Source: Verrucomicrobiales bacterium
GTDB taxonomy: Bacteria; Verrucomicrobiota; Verrucomicrobiia; Limisphaerales; UBA9464
Length of the DNA stretch: 64,000 nucleotides
Reading direction: 5' to 3'
NCBI GenBank assembly: GCA_005801385.1
Contig: SYEM01000120.1
Span: 1,779 to 65,778 of the forward strand
The notes beneath the pieces are model-generated. The model saw only the letters and a list, made by a program, of their open reading frames with translations. It did not search any database and was not told the origin of the DNA. How positions within the stretch are numbered: position 1 is the first letter of the stretch; the number at the start of each line of letters is the position of its first letter. Shown one piece after another: positions 47,617 through 58,758 of this stretch. A program made the translations under genes and the position numbers.

Positions 47617-49338
47617 ATGCGGCTCCCCTTGCGTCGTCCCCTGATCGGTCTTCTCGGTGTCCTCATCGCACTCGTCTTCGGGATCAAAGCTCTCCATGCC
47701 GCACCGCCTTACAACATCCTCTTCATCATCTGCGACCAGGAGCAGGGAAACCTGATCCCGGCCGCAGGGTATAGAACGCCCGCCCGTCAGGCATTGGCTC
47801 GTCGGGGTGTTGTGTTCCGAAACCACTACACCGCCGCGGCCATGTGCTCCCCCTCGAGGGCTGCCTTCCTGACGGGGCTCCCGCCCCAGCGCACCGGGGT
47901 TTTCGATCAGATGGAGTACCCGTATGTTCCAAATCTGAACCCACGCCTCCCCAACATGGGTTCGGTCCTGAAACAGCTGGGCTACTCGACCGCCTACTTC
48001 GGAAAGTTCGAGATGGCCCGGGACCTCATCCACACCAAGGACACCGTCAACTACAGTCGCAAACTGCGGCCTTACGGATTCGACCACTTTGCCGCCACGG
48101 GCGATGTCGGGAGCCGTCCCAACTCCGGCTACCAGAACGATGCCATGATCGCCGCCGAGGCGGTCCAGTGGCTGCGTCGGGGAGCGGTCGATGGCGGTCC
48201 AGACAAGAAGAAGCCGTTCTTCATGGTGGCGAGCTTCCTCAATCCCCACGACATCATGTTCGCGGACGTCAATCCGCCCGGGGAGCAGATCCAGAAACCG
48301 AGGGCTCCGCTCACGCTGAGTGCAACTCCAGCCAACCTGCTCTACCAGAAGGAGTGGGAGTTCCCACTGCCTCCAAGCCTTCAGGAGAATCTGTCGGCCC
48401 CCGGCATGCCTGGGGCCCTCGCCGAGTACAACAAGGGGTGGTCGGACGCCCTGGGTTGGATTCCGTCCGATCGGCCCGTCATGTGGAGCCGGTTCTACAG
48501 CCAGTACCTGAACATGATCCGGGACAACGATACGGCCCTGCAGCAGATCGTGGACATCATGGACGAACAAGACCTCTGGCGGAACACGATCGTGATCCTC
48601 ACCGCGGATCATGGAGAGATGGGCGGCGCGCATGGCGGCCTCCGGGGCAAGGGACCTTTTGCCTACGAACAGAATGCCAAGGTGCCCTTCATCGTGGTGC
48701 ACCCCGATTTTCAGGCTGGCATCAGCGAGGTCCTCACCAGTCATCTCGATCTTCTGCCGACCCTGGTGTCGTTCAGCGGCGCCCCGGATAGCCGGCGACG
48801 TCAGCTCCTCAAAGGTCTTCCCGGCAAGGATTTTACGCCGGGCCTTCGTCGCGAGAACCGTTCGAACCCGAACGCCATCCGCAAGGGGGCCCTCTTCCAT
48901 TATGTGGGCCTGCTCACCCTTGATGCCGCCCACTGCACCCAGACCCTGACCGGAGGTGCGGGACCGGACGCCGAGAAGGCCACCGACCCCGCGCAGCTCA
49001 AGGGAAAGCTTGGCAAGAGGGGGTTCCTGTCCTTCGTGTCGGATGGCCGCTACAAGCTGGCCCGGTTCTACTCACCGGACAACTTCAACACCCCGGTGAC
49101 CCTCGATGAGCTGTTCGCCCACAACGATGTGCAGCTCTTCGATCTCAAGACCGATCCCAACGAGGTCGTGAACCTCGCCCTGGACCGTATGAAGCACCGG
49201 GGGACGTTGGAGCGCATGAACCTCCTGATGAACGAGCTGTTGTCGAAGGAGGTCGGGGTCAACAATGGTGCCTTTCTACCGGCTGTGATCCGCCCGGCTG
49301 GGGTGCCTGCCCTGAAGCTCTCCCTCGCGCCCAAATGA
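47617..49338 (+). CDS. sulfatase (Cys-type formylglycine)
   Basis: Signal peptide. YNILFIICDQ. FGly motif CSPSRAAFLTG. LTADHGEMGG. Confidence 0.9.
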   Translation: MRLPLRRPLIGLLGVLIALVFGIKALHAAPPYNILFIICDQEQGNLIPAAGYRTPARQALARRGVVFRNHYTAAAMCSPSRAAFLTGLPPQRTGVFDQMEYPYVPNLNPRLPNMGSVLKQLGYSTAYFGKFEMARDLIHTKDTVNYSRKLRPYGFDHFAATGDVGSRPNSGYQNDAMIAAEAVQWLRRGAVDGGPDKKKPFFMVASFLNPHDIMFADVNPPGEQIQKPRAPLTLSATPANLLYQKEWEFPLPPSLQENLSAPGMPGALAEYNKGWSDALGWIPSDRPVMWSRFYSQYLNMIRDNDTALQQIVDIMDEQDLWRNTIVILTADHGEMGGAHGGLRGKGPFAYEQNAKVPFIVVHPDFQAGISEVLTSHLDLLPTLVSFSGAPDSRRRQLLKGLPGKDFTPGLRRENRSNPNAIRKGALFHYVGLLTLDAAHCTQTLTGGAGPDAEKATDPAQLKGKLGKRGFLSFVSDGRYKLARFYSPDNFNTPVTLDELFAHNDVQLFDLKTDPNEVVNLALDRMKHRGTLERMNLLMNELLSKEVGVNNGAFLPAVIRPAGVPALKLSLAPK

Positions 49339-49411
49339 CTGGCGTTGCTGCGGACCCGCTCAGGTCCTGATTTCCCGCTCGCGAAATCCCGTCGATCGAG
49401 GAAAACGAGGC

Positions 49412-51034
49412 ATGCCCATTTCCGCCGGTGCCCCGACCCTTCCATACGGTTGCCTCCCGGGCAGGGCAGTCCTGGCGCTCACGCTGGCCTGGGTGGTGAT
49501 GGCCGCCGTTGTCTCGTCGAACACCTGCAGGGCTGCGACACCAACCCGTCCGAACATCCTGTTCATCATGACGGATGATCATGCGACCCAGGCGATCGGG
49601 GCCTATGGAAGCCGTGTCAACCAGACCCCGAACCTGGACCGTCTTGGGGCCCAGGGTCTGCGGTTGGACCGCTGCTATGCGGTGAATTCGATCTGTACGC
49701 CGAGCCGGGCGACGCTCCTCACGGGCCAGTACAGCCATCGCAACGGGGTCCCCGTCTTCAACGACATCGACCCTGCACGGACCACCGTGGCGCACCGGAT
49801 GCGGGATGCCGGTTACTACACAGCTATGATCGGGAAGTGGCACCTCGGATCCGACCCCCAGGGTTTCGACCATTGGGAAATCCTGCCAGGACAGGGCCGA
49901 TACAACGATCCGGTCCTCTATGACCGCGACGGCCATCGGGTCTACAAGGGCTATGTCACCGACATCATCACGCGGCTGACGCGGGACGTCCTTGAAAAGC
50001 GTCCGAAGGACCGGCCCTTCTTCGTGATGTGTCATCACAAGGCGCCACACCGTGAATGGACGCCGAGCGACCGGTATCGCCGGGAGTTTGCACTGAAGAC
50101 GGTTCCGGAGCCCCCGACGCTTTGGGACGACCATGTCGGTCGGGCTGACGCGTTGCGCGAGCAGCGGCAGTCGATCTTCAAGAACCTGTCCCGATATGAT
50201 CTGAAACTGACGCCGCCCGAGGACCTGTCCCCGACAGATCGCCAGCGCTGGCTGAACGAGGTGCCCACCGAGGTTTCCTGGATGATCGATGGGCAACCCA
50301 CGGTATTGAGGGGCCGTGATCTCGACCGGTGGAAGTACCAGCGCTACATGCAGGACTACCTCGGCTGCGTTCAGAGCGTCGACGACAGTGTGGGCGAGCT
50401 GATGGAGTGGCTCGATGCCAACGGGCTGAGGGAAAACACGCTCGTGATCTATACGAGCGACCAGGGATTCTTCCTTGGGGAGCACGGGATGTACGACAAG
50501 CGGTTCATGTATGAGCCCTCGAGCCGGATGCCCTTCCTGGCCCGGTGGCCGGCAGGGATCCGACCCGGATCAACGAGCGAGGCCCTGGCCATCAACTGCG
50601 ACTTCGCCCCAACCTTCTTGGACCTTGCTGGTGCCCGGATCCCGGACGAAATGCAGGGCCGCAGTCTGGTTCCGTTGTTCCAAGGAAAGAGGCCGGCAGA
50701 GTGGCGCACGGAGATCTACTACCGCTATTACCACGATCCTGGACACCACAACACCAGGGCCCACTACGGCATCCGGACCGCAACACACAAACTGATCCAC
50801 TATTGGAAGGCGGACCAGTGGGAGCTGTTCGACCTCGTCCAAGACCCCGATGAACTCCGGAACCGATTCGGGGATGCTGACCAGGCAGACCGGGTGGCCG
50901 ATCTGAGGCAGCGGCTGCGGAAACTCCAGTTCGAACTGGGCGACACCGGTCAGTTCACCAAGGAGTTGCCGAGGGATACGGTGGACCGCCGTCCCCGGCA
51001 GATGGACCGCAAGCATCCGGATTCGGAACTCTGA
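49412..51034 (+). CDS. sulfatase (Cys-type formylglycine)
   Basis: Signal peptide. PNILFIMTDDH. FGly motif CTPSRATLLTG. GKWHLG. YTSDQGFFLGEHG. Confidence 0.9.
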   Translation: MPISAGAPTLPYGCLPGRAVLALTLAWVVMAAVVSSNTCRAATPTRPNILFIMTDDHATQAIGAYGSRVNQTPNLDRLGAQGLRLDRCYAVNSICTPSRATLLTGQYSHRNGVPVFNDIDPARTTVAHRMRDAGYYTAMIGKWHLGSDPQGFDHWEILPGQGRYNDPVLYDRDGHRVYKGYVTDIITRLTRDVLEKRPKDRPFFVMCHHKAPHREWTPSDRYRREFALKTVPEPPTLWDDHVGRADALREQRQSIFKNLSRYDLKLTPPEDLSPTDRQRWLNEVPTEVSWMIDGQPTVLRGRDLDRWKYQRYMQDYLGCVQSVDDSVGELMEWLDANGLRENTLVIYTSDQGFFLGEHGMYDKRFMYEPSSRMPFLARWPAGIRPGSTSEALAINCDFAPTFLDLAGARIPDEMQGRSLVPLFQGKRPAEWRTEIYYRYYHDPGHHNTRAHYGIRTATHKLIHYWKADQWELFDLVQDPDELRNRFGDADQADRVADLRQRLRKLQFELGDTGQFTKELPRDTVDRRPRQMDRKHPDSEL

Positions 51035-51138
51035 AGTGGAATCGATCGGTTCCGAAAACAAGTGGGTGGGTTTGGGTCCACGACTTGAAAGGTCGCAGGG
51101 TTTGGGGTCCAGTCACCAACGACCTTGCTGAGAACCTG

Positions 51139-53757
51139 ATGCGCGCCGGCGATAAATTGGGCCCCTATGAACTGATCTCGGTGATCGGGACCGGTGGCAT
51201 GGGGGAGGTGTTCCGGGCCCAGGACCATCGGCTGGGGCGGGATGTCGCGATCAAGGTTCTGCGTCCGGAGTTTGCGAAGGACATCGATCGACTCCAGCGG
51301 TTTGAACAGGAGGCCCAGACCCTTGCGGGTCTGAACCATCCGGGTCTCTTGATGATCTTCGATACGGGCACCCATGAGGGTGCTCCCTACATCGTTTCCG
51401 AACTTCTCGAGGGCCGCACACTGCGGGAGGAGCTTCACCAGGGAAACCTGCCGATGCGACGTGCCCTGGAATACGCACTCCAGATCGCCTCGGGTCTCGC
51501 GGAGGCCCATTCCCGGGGGGTGGTGCATCGCGACCTGAAGCCCGAGAATATCTACATCACCGAGGATGGCCGGGTGAAGATCCTCGACTTCGGTCTCGCC
51601 AAGCTGCGTCAGGTGACCGGCCGCGGGTTCCGGCCGCGCCGGCCCGACGGTGGGGTTGATTTCCTAACCGATTCCGGCTCACGAGCGGCGATCCAGTCGC
51701 CTACGGAGAGCGGCATGGTGCTCGGCACCCCCTGCTATATGTCACCCGAGCAGGTGACAGGACGTGAGGCGGACCACCGGTCCGATCTCTTCGCGTTCGG
51801 CGCTATCCTCTATGAGATGATCTCGGGACAGCGGGCATTCCGCCGGCCCACCAGTGCCGAGACCATGACGGCAGTGCTGCGGGAGGAGCCACCCGACCTG
51901 ATCGAGCTGACCCCGAACCTGCCCCCTGGGCTGGACCGTGTGGTCAACCGCTGCCTCGAGAAACGTCCCGAGCATCGATTCCAATCGGCCAGCGATCTCG
52001 CCTTCGCCCTCGAGGGGTTGTCCCAGCAGAGTGGCTATCGACGGATTATCACCGAACCCAAGTCGCTGTTGCCCAAATGGTGGATCCCGTTTGCGGCCTC
52101 GCTGCTGATTCTCCTGATGGCCCGGCTGTTGATGGTGGATTCGGTGGATCCACAGCCGGAGTTCCGCCAGGTGACCTTTGGTCGGGGCACCGTCATGAAT
52201 GCCCGGTTTGCTCCCGACGGCGAGAATGTCGTCTACGGTGCTCGGTGGAACATGAAGCCCATCGAGGTGTTCTCATCCAGACCGGGCACACCGGAGGCTC
52301 GGACCCTCGGCTATACGAATGCCGACATCCTGGCGGTCTCCTCGAAGGGGGAGATGGCCATCCTTCTCAATCGGGTCGGGGTCGGATGGTTCTCGGGTCT
52401 GGGCACCCTGGCCCGTGTTTCGCTTTCCGGCGGGACTCCGCGCGAGGTGCTCACGGAGGTCAAGGACGCCGACTGGTATCCCGATGGCGAACAGTACGTT
52501 GTGGTGCGCAAGGCCGGGGGGAGATGGCGACTCGAGCAGCATCCCACCCAGGGAGGAGGGCTCCAGTTAGCGGAGACCTCGGGAACGTTCGGGCATCCGC
52601 GCGTCTCCCCCAAGGGTGACTGGATCGCCTTTTCGGACCATCCGGTTCCCAAGGACAGCCGAGGAAGGATCCGGCTCGTAAATCGTCAGGGCGAGTTCCG
52701 GAATCTGACCGGCGAGTACGCCCAGATCGACGGGTTGGCCTGGCATCCGGACGGGAAGGAAATCTGGTTCACCGCGATCAGCCACGGCGAGATCCAGAGT
52801 CTGCGGGCAGTGACGGTGAACGGGGAGGAGAGGGCCATCCTGAACACGTCGGTCAACATGACCCTTCATGACATCTTCAAGGACGGGCGTCTGCTCATGA
52901 CGCGGCAGTTCGAGCTGCAGGAGATTATCGGGCTGGTCCCGCCGGAGACCCACGAGCGGAACCTTACCACCATGGGCCGCTGCATGCTGCGGGGAGTCTC
53001 CGAGGATGGCAGCCGCTTCCTGGTGATCTTCTTCGGCGAAGGCGCCGGAAACAGCTACTCCACGTATCTGATCCGTTCCGACGGCAGTCAGTCTGTTCGC
53101 CTCGGGCCAGGATTCGGCCACGCCATCTCTCCGGACGGGAACTGGGTGTTCGCCAGCGCCTATGATCCGTCCCGGCTGATCCTGATGCCCACCGGGGCCG
53201 GGACGGGGCGGACCCTCTCCGTGACGAACCTCGATCTCTCGGCCGCGTCGTGGCTTCCCGACAGCAGGAACCTCGTCGTGCATGGACGCGTCGGCACCAA
53301 CGGGCTGCGCTATTACCTCCTCGATACCGAAGGAGCCAAGGATCCTGTGGCCATCACCCCTGAGGGTGTGAGTCCACCGACCTATTTTGGTGTTCCGGTG
53401 TCCCCGGATGGCCGTCTGGTCGTCGGGGTGCTGCGTGGCGAACGTCGCGTCTGGCCGCTTGACGAGGGGCAGTCGCGTCCGTTGCCCGCCATCCGTGACT
53501 ACCAGGTCGCGGGCTGGTCCCCCGACAGCAAGGACTTGTATGTCTATGATGGTACCTCTCCGGTGAAGGTCTTCCGATATGACCTTGCGACGGAGAGACT
53601 CGAACCCATGAGGGAGATCTATCCGACAGACCTGTCGGGAAGCCTGGGCGGTGAGCCTGCGGTGGCCATGACCCACGGGGGCGAGGGATACGTCTATTTC
53701 AACTGGCGGATCCTGACCGACCTCTTCGTGGTCGAGGGGCTGAAGTCGGGTCACTGA
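51139..53757 (+). CDS. Ser/Thr protein kinase with TM segment and C-terminal TolB/PD40-like beta-propeller
   Basis: Hanks kinase motifs: GTGGMGEVFRA, AIKVL, HRDLKPENI, DFGLAK, SPEQ. TM at ~52080-52140. Repeated PD40-like strands follow (FAPDGENVVY, VSPKGDWIAF, WHPDGKEIWF, ISPDGNWVF, VSPDGRLVV, WSPDSKDLYV). Confidence 0.85.
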   Translation: MRAGDKLGPYELISVIGTGGMGEVFRAQDHRLGRDVAIKVLRPEFAKDIDRLQRFEQEAQTLAGLNHPGLLMIFDTGTHEGAPYIVSELLEGRTLREELHQGNLPMRRALEYALQIASGLAEAHSRGVVHRDLKPENIYITEDGRVKILDFGLAKLRQVTGRGFRPRRPDGGVDFLTDSGSRAAIQSPTESGMVLGTPCYMSPEQVTGREADHRSDLFAFGAILYEMISGQRAFRRPTSAETMTAVLREEPPDLIELTPNLPPGLDRVVNRCLEKRPEHRFQSASDLAFALEGLSQQSGYRRIITEPKSLLPKWWIPFAASLLILLMARLLMVDSVDPQPEFRQVTFGRGTVMNARFAPDGENVVYGARWNMKPIEVFSSRPGTPEARTLGYTNADILAVSSKGEMAILLNRVGVGWFSGLGTLARVSLSGGTPREVLTEVKDADWYPDGEQYVVVRKAGGRWRLEQHPTQGGGLQLAETSGTFGHPRVSPKGDWIAFSDHPVPKDSRGRIRLVNRQGEFRNLTGEYAQIDGLAWHPDGKEIWFTAISHGEIQSLRAVTVNGEERAILNTSVNMTLHDIFKDGRLLMTRQFELQEIIGLVPPETHERNLTTMGRCMLRGVSEDGSRFLVIFFGEGAGNSYSTYLIRSDGSQSVRLGPGFGHAISPDGNWVFASAYDPSRLILMPTGAGTGRTLSVTNLDLSAASWLPDSRNLVVHGRVGTNGLRYYLLDTEGAKDPVAITPEGVSPPTYFGVPVSPDGRLVVGVLRGERRVWPLDEGQSRPLPAIRDYQVAGWSPDSKDLYVYDGTSPVKVFRYDLATERLEPMREIYPTDLSGSLGGEPAVAMTHGGEGYVYFNWRILTDLFVVEGLKSGH

Positions 53758-53882
53758 TATCCTCCTGCCCGTCCGGGAGATTCCGGGCCGGTGGTTCCTG
53801 TCTGAGGTTCCTGTTGCACCGCCCGGCGGCGTGAGCACACTGCGCCCGCGCCGAAGGCAAGATGCCCGCCGCGCGACCGCGA

Positions 53883-55043
53883 ATGAAGGCCATCCTCGCT
53901 CTGGAAGACGGATCTGTTTTTGAAGGTCAGGCATTCGGCAGCCGCACCACGGTGGCCGGTGAGGTGTGCTTCAACACCTCGATGACCGGCTATCAGGAAA
54001 TCCTCACCGATCCCTCCTACAAGGGGCAGATCGTCACAATGACGTACCCCTTGATCGGGAACTACGGGGTCAACCAGCAGGATGTGGAATCCTGGGCGCC
54101 CCATGCCTCTGGGTTTGTCATTCGGGAACTGTCGCCTGTCGTCAGCAACTGGCGCGCGGACTGGTCTCTGGCGGACTATCTGGAACGGCACGGCATCCCT
54201 GGAATCCAGGGTATCGATACCCGGGCACTCACCAAAAAGCTGAGGGTTCGCGGCGCGCTTTCCGGCTGTCTTTCGACCGAGGGTCTTGCGGTCGAGGATG
54301 CACTCTCGCGGGCCCGTTCCTGGGGCGGCATGGCAGGACGTGACTACGTGTCCGAGGTGACCCACAAGGAACCGTTCCTCTGGGATCCTGAGGACCGCGA
54401 TTCAGGAGCCTTCGAACTGACCCAGAACAACACGACCCCCAATCCCCGGAGTCTGCGGAAACCGCTGCCCCCCGCCGATGTCCCGATCGTCGCCTACGAC
54501 TTTGGGATGAAATACAACATCCTCCGGCGCCTGCGGCAGAAGGGGTTTCGGATCCAGGTCGTGCCGGCCCATACGACGGCTCGCGAGGCGCTGAAGCATA
54601 AGCCGCGCGGAATCTTCCTTTCGAACGGCCCCGGGGATCCTGCAGCTCTGGATGGCATCGTCCGGGAGGTCAAGGAGCTGGTCGATCACGGGATCCCCAT
54701 CTTCGGGATCTGCCTGGGCCACCAGATCCTGGGACAGGCCCTCGGCGGGCGGACGTTCAAGCTGAAGTTCGGCCACCGTGGCGGCAATCAGCCGGTCAAG
54801 GATCTTGAGACCGGCCGGGTTGAGATCACCTCCCAGAACCATGGCTTTGCCGTCGATGCGGAATCGTTGCCGGGCGATGTCGCGGTCAATCGCATCAACC
54901 TCAACGATCGAACCGTCGAGGGGCTGCGTCACAAGAAGCGCCCGATCTTCTGCGTCCAGTACCATCCTGAGGCCGCACCTGGGCCACATGATTCCACCCC
55001 TCTCTTCGATGAGTTTCGCGCCATGGTTGTCCGCCACGGCTGA
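53883..55043 (+). CDS. carA: carbamoyl-phosphate synthase small (glutaminase) subunit
   Basis: [37 protein letters not shown], the GATase triad region (GICLGHQ, QNHGFAV) and VQYHPEA. An upstream ATG at 53862 is also possible. Confidence 0.9.
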   Translation: MKAILALEDGSVFEGQAFGSRTTVAGEVCFNTSMTGYQEILTDPSYKGQIVTMTYPLIGNYGVNQQDVESWAPHASGFVIRELSPVVSNWRADWSLADYLERHGIPGIQGIDTRALTKKLRVRGALSGCLSTEGLAVEDALSRARSWGGMAGRDYVSEVTHKEPFLWDPEDRDSGAFELTQNNTTPNPRSLRKPLPPADVPIVAYDFGMKYNILRRLRQKGFRIQVVPAHTTAREALKHKPRGIFLSNGPGDPAALDGIVREVKELVDHGIPIFGICLGHQILGQALGGRTFKLKFGHRGGNQPVKDLETGRVEITSQNHGFAVDAESLPGDVAVNRINLNDRTVEGLRHKKRPIFCVQYHPEAAPGPHDSTPLFDEFRAMVVRHG

Positions 55044-55159
55044 GCGGGGTTGGCGTTCAGCCAGCCCCTCCGATGTCCGCCGTATGACTCCATCCATACA
55101 GGGGGAAAGCGTTTGACGGGTGGTTCCGTCAACCGGTACACACGTAGACGACCTCGCTT

Positions 55160-55660
55160 ATGCCGAAACTGGTTTGCATCACCGCTGGCTTCACGGATCG
55201 GGTCTTCGACGTGAAGACCGAGAAGGGAACGCTGGGGCGTCTCGAGGAGAATACCTTCTGCATTCCGGAGCCGAGCGTCTCGAGCCGGCACTGCGAGCTG
55301 TGGGCCAAGGGCGACGAGATCGTCATCAAGGACCTCGGATCCACGAACGGATCGTTCATCAACGATGCGCAGCTGGCGGCGGAGAAGGAGGCGACGCTCC
55401 GTCCGGGGCAGACCCTGCGTCTTGGCCAGGTCGAGTTGCGCTACGAGACCGGCAAGAAGCAGACCGATCAGCCCCGGCCGGCGGTCAAGATCGGCGCCGA
55501 ATCCGCCGCTGCTCCGTCCTCCAAAGGTGCCGCCTTCGGGAAGAAGACGAACAACACCAACAAGATCTTCCTCGCGGTCGGCGCTGTCCTAGTCATCGTG
55601 ATCCTCGCTCTTCTGTTCGTGGCCTTCTCCGGTATCGGTGGCGGAACCACCGGGCAGTAA
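55160..55660 (+). CDS. FHA-domain protein with C-terminal TM anchor
   Basis: FHA core: GRLEENTFCIPEPSVSSRHCELWAKGDEIVIKDLGSTNGSFIND. C-terminal TM: IFLAVGAVLVIVILALLFVAF. Confidence 0.8.
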   Translation: MPKLVCITAGFTDRVFDVKTEKGTLGRLEENTFCIPEPSVSSRHCELWAKGDEIVIKDLGSTNGSFINDAQLAAEKEATLRPGQTLRLGQVELRYETGKKQTDQPRPAVKIGAESAAAPSSKGAAFGKKTNNTNKIFLAVGAVLVIVILALLFVAFSGIGGGTTGQ

Positions 55661-55760
55661 GGGCGCAGCAATCGGCCCGACTTGGACTGCTGATCATGGG
55701 ATCCGGGCCTATCCGGGTTCAGACCCTTCCCTATTTGGAGACCGATGGTACGGTCTCCTC

Positions 55761-58754
55761 ATGCGTCTGGCGTGCCTCCTCATCCTGCTGGCCTTCCTTC
55801 CCGTTGAGGCCGCACTTTCGCCCGAGGACTCCCTGGGACAGATCATTGTGGATCCCCGGCTCGAGGTTCGACTCTGGGCGGCGGAACCGGACGTCCTCGA
55901 CCCTGTTGCGATCGCCTGGGACGAGACGGGAGCCGCGTATGTTGGGGAGTGTCGCGACTATCCCTATGGAGCAGGTCCGAATGGAAGGACCGGAAGTGCG
56001 GTCCGACGCCTGGTCGACACCGATGGGGACGGCAAGGCGGATCGTTCGACGGTCTTCGCCGGGGACCTGAGCTACGTCACCAGCGTGGCCCCATGGCGGG
56101 GAGGTCTTCTTGTTGTCGCGCCTCCGGACATCCTCTGGCTGCGGGATTCGGATGGGGACGGCGTCGCGGATCGACGGGAGGTGGTTCTGACCGGGTTGAA
56201 GAGAGGCATCTCGGACAGCCTCGCCAGTGGGCTCCGGTACGGTCTCGACAACCGTTTCCATGTCGCCAATGGAGGCAGCAGTGGGTCAGTCCGTTCGCCT
56301 CGGATGCCGGACGTGGTGACGCCGCTGGGGAATCATGACTTCACCTTCGATCCATGGACGGGGCAGGTGGCTCTTACCGGGGACACTGGGGGCGGATTCG
56401 GACTCGTGTTCGACGGGTTCGGCCGAGCGTTCACTCCCTACAACATCAGCCATATCCAGCACCGGTTCCTCCCCCTCGATGTCACGCGGCGCCATCCTGG
56501 CTTCCCACCGGTATCCATCACGGCCTCGATCTCGGACCACGAGGAGATGAGCCGGATCTATCCCATCTCTACTGCGATGACCCGGCCGAATCATCCGGAA
56601 CAGGCAGGTCATTTCAGCGCGGCGGGTGGCATGGGTTACATCGACTCCGGGGTGTTTCCGGCCGACCTCCGGGGATCCATTCTGGTCGGAGACGTCGTAG
56701 GAAACCTTGTTCACCGTGACGTGATCCATCCGGATGGGCCGGTCTTCAAGGCGAGCCGGGCGCCGGACGAGCAGGCACGGGAGTTCCTCGCCAGCCGGGA
56801 TCCGGCATTCCGCCCCGTTGCCTTCGAGATCGGCCCCGATGGAGCTCTCTACATTCTGGATATGCAGCGGGATGTGATCGAGCACCCGGACTACATTCCG
56901 GAGAAGCTCCGGAAGACCCTCGACATCCGTGCCGGAGAGAATCGGGGTCGGATCTATCGGGTATTCCCGAAGTCGGGACTGCCAGCGCAACCCGTGGCCA
57001 TGAAGCCGCCTCGTGACGAAGAGTGCCTAGGCTGGCTTGAGCGGGCCAACGGTTGGCAGCGCTCCACAGCACAGCGGCTCCTGGTGGAGCGTCGTGCGAC
57101 GACTGCAATCCCCCGGCTCCGGGAGTTGGCCCATCGTGCAGCGATTCCGGAGTCGAGGGCCCAGGCCTTGAGGACCCTGGAGGGATTGGGAGGGCTTCGC
57201 GAGGCCGAGATCCGGGATGCACTCGATGATGCGTCGCCGGGGGTTCGTGAGCAGGCGCTGCTACTGGCAGGGGACCACCTCGGCAGTTCGGAGCTTTGGA
57301 AAACGATTCAAAGGAAGTTCTGGTCCGCTGAGGCAAGGTCCTGGGTCCTGGATCCCTCCCCGCGCGTCCGGTTTGTGCTGGCCCAGGTTCTGGGCCGTGT
57401 CGATGAGGCCAGGGCGACGGAAGTGCTCGCCCGGATTCTTGCCGAGGACCGGAACCACCGGTGGTCGCGTCTTGCGGTGATCGCATCCATCCCGCCATCC
57501 CAAGGTGTCGGGGTCCTCAAGGAGTTCCTGGGTTTGAAGGCTGCGACGGGAGGTGACCGGGGAGTCCAGGAGGTCCTCCGGGAACTCTCCGCCCTTCTAG
57601 GAGCACGCACCGGATCCCGAGATAGAGACGAAGACGTTGTGTGGTGGATTCGTGCGGCCGTGGATCTGACGCCTGTCCCAGTTCGGCTCGCAGCGTGGCA
57701 GGGTCTGGCTGAAGGCCTCGCGCGCAGCGGTTCCAAGGTGACGGTGCCGGAGTCCCTCCGGCTTGAGATCAACGAACGGAGTGCCTTGGCGGATCCCATC
57801 GAGATGGATGCGCTCTGGCGTCTCACCCGGGCCCTCGGACTCCCAGAGAACGACTCCCAACGCTCAGCGTTGACCCGGGCCATCCAGACCGTGACCGATC
57901 CCGAACAGCCGCTCGCGGCCCGCGAGGCGTTGCTGCCCTTGCTGGGACTCGGCAAACCGGGAACGGTCACGAACGCGCTGGTGCGACTCCTTGATGCCCG
58001 CGAGCCCGTGGAACTCCAGCGGGGAGCCCTGGTCGTACTGGGCAAGTTCAGGGACTTCGACCTCGGAGCCGTCCTCGTGTCCCGCTGGCGGAGTGTGAGC
58101 CCTGGCCTCCGCACTGCGGTATTGGAGCTCCTGCTCGGACGTCGAGCCCACCATGACGCTCTTCTATCGGCCCTTGAGGCCGGCGAGATCGGAATCGGTG
58201 AGCTGAACCTCGACCTCGAGCAACGACGACGCCTTTTGCGGGGAGGGACGCCGGACATCCGCCGGAGGGCAGCCGCCTTCATGGGGGATGAGGAATACAG
58301 CAACCGGAAAGCCCTCGTGACGGATTGGATGGCCAAGCTCCCGACCGTCGGTGATCCCAAGCGCGGGCGTGCGGTCTTCGAGGAATCCTGCTCCCGGTGT
58401 CATGTGGCGGGCGGAATCGGGCACCGTGTCGGACCCGACCTCACCGGGGTTGCGCATCGGAGCGTCGAGGATCTGCTATCAAACATCCTGGACCCCAACA
58501 TGGCCATCAACCCGGGGTTTGTTGCGGTGGAGATCGAGACCCGGGATGGGGAAAGCCAGGTAGGACTCCTGGGCGGTGAGACGTCCGAGGCGGTCACCTT
58601 GTTGCAGGCCGGGGGAATGAGGATCGTTGTTCCCCGCAAGGACATTGCTAAGATGTCCACCAGCGGTCTGTCGTTGATGCCGGAGGGTCTGGAGGCGGGG
58701 CGAACCCCGGATCAGCTTCGGGATCTGATCGCCTTCCTGCAGGAAGGGTCCTGA
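55761..58754 (+). CDS. PVC-type putative membrane-bound dehydrogenase domain / HEAT-repeat / c-type heme-binding domain protein
   Basis: Signal peptide [17 protein letters not shown]. The N-terminal beta-propeller-like 'dehydrogenase' domain contains the [18 protein letters not shown] pair. HEAT-like repeats follow. The C-terminal CSRCH heme motif is followed by GPDLTG...LLSNILDPN...SLMPEGLE...LIAFL, the Pirellula/Verrucomicrobium-type heme-binding domain. Confidence 0.75.
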   Translation: MRLACLLILLAFLPVEAALSPEDSLGQIIVDPRLEVRLWAAEPDVLDPVAIAWDETGAAYVGECRDYPYGAGPNGRTGSAVRRLVDTDGDGKADRSTVFAGDLSYVTSVAPWRGGLLVVAPPDILWLRDSDGDGVADRREVVLTGLKRGISDSLASGLRYGLDNRFHVANGGSSGSVRSPRMPDVVTPLGNHDFTFDPWTGQVALTGDTGGGFGLVFDGFGRAFTPYNISHIQHRFLPLDVTRRHPGFPPVSITASISDHEEMSRIYPISTAMTRPNHPEQAGHFSAAGGMGYIDSGVFPADLRGSILVGDVVGNLVHRDVIHPDGPVFKASRAPDEQAREFLASRDPAFRPVAFEIGPDGALYILDMQRDVIEHPDYIPEKLRKTLDIRAGENRGRIYRVFPKSGLPAQPVAMKPPRDEECLGWLERANGWQRSTAQRLLVERRATTAIPRLRELAHRAAIPESRAQALRTLEGLGGLREAEIRDALDDASPGVREQALLLAGDHLGSSELWKTIQRKFWSAEARSWVLDPSPRVRFVLAQVLGRVDEARATEVLARILAEDRNHRWSRLAVIASIPPSQGVGVLKEFLGLKAATGGDRGVQEVLRELSALLGARTGSRDRDEDVVWWIRAAVDLTPVPVRLAAWQGLAEGLARSGSKVTVPESLRLEINERSALADPIEMDALWRLTRALGLPENDSQRSALTRAIQTVTDPEQPLAAREALLPLLGLGKPGTVTNALVRLLDAREPVELQRGALVVLGKFRDFDLGAVLVSRWRSVSPGLRTAVLELLLGRRAHHDALLSALEAGEIGIGELNLDLEQRRRLLRGGTPDIRRRAAAFMGDEEYSNRKALVTDWMAKLPTVGDPKRGRAVFEESCSRCHVAGGIGHRVGPDLTGVAHRSVEDLLSNILDPNMAINPGFVAVEIETRDGESQVGLLGGETSEAVTLLQAGGMRIVVPRKDIAKMSTSGLSLMPEGLEAGRTPDQLRDLIAFLQEGS

Positions 58755-58758
58755 ATCC

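Noticed and set aside
25399-54365. Other large alternative-frame ORFs: 25399-26985(-), 31584-32807(+), 37944-39467(-), 39979-41868(-), 45597-46934(+), 45652-46659(-), 47614-48933(-), 49259-50485(-), 52567-53934(-), 53751-54365(-)
   Set aside because: Each is fully overlapped by an ORF with strong family motifs (FloA, RsmB, GH63, sulfatases, kinase, CarA). None shows recognisable motifs, and all have a low-complexity Arg/Gly/Pro bias.
55046-55068. Hairpin GGGGTTGGC-GTTCA-GCCAGCCCC just after the carA stop
   Set aside because: The stem is plausible (9 bp with one G-U pair) but no T-tract follows, so it was not called as an intrinsic terminator.
55113-55132. Perfect inverted repeat TTGACGG-N6-CCGTCAA 28 nt upstream of the FHA gene; possible operator or -35 element
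   Set aside because: The repeat is real in the sequence, but no convincing -10 box or known operator consensus accompanies it. It is too short to assign a function.
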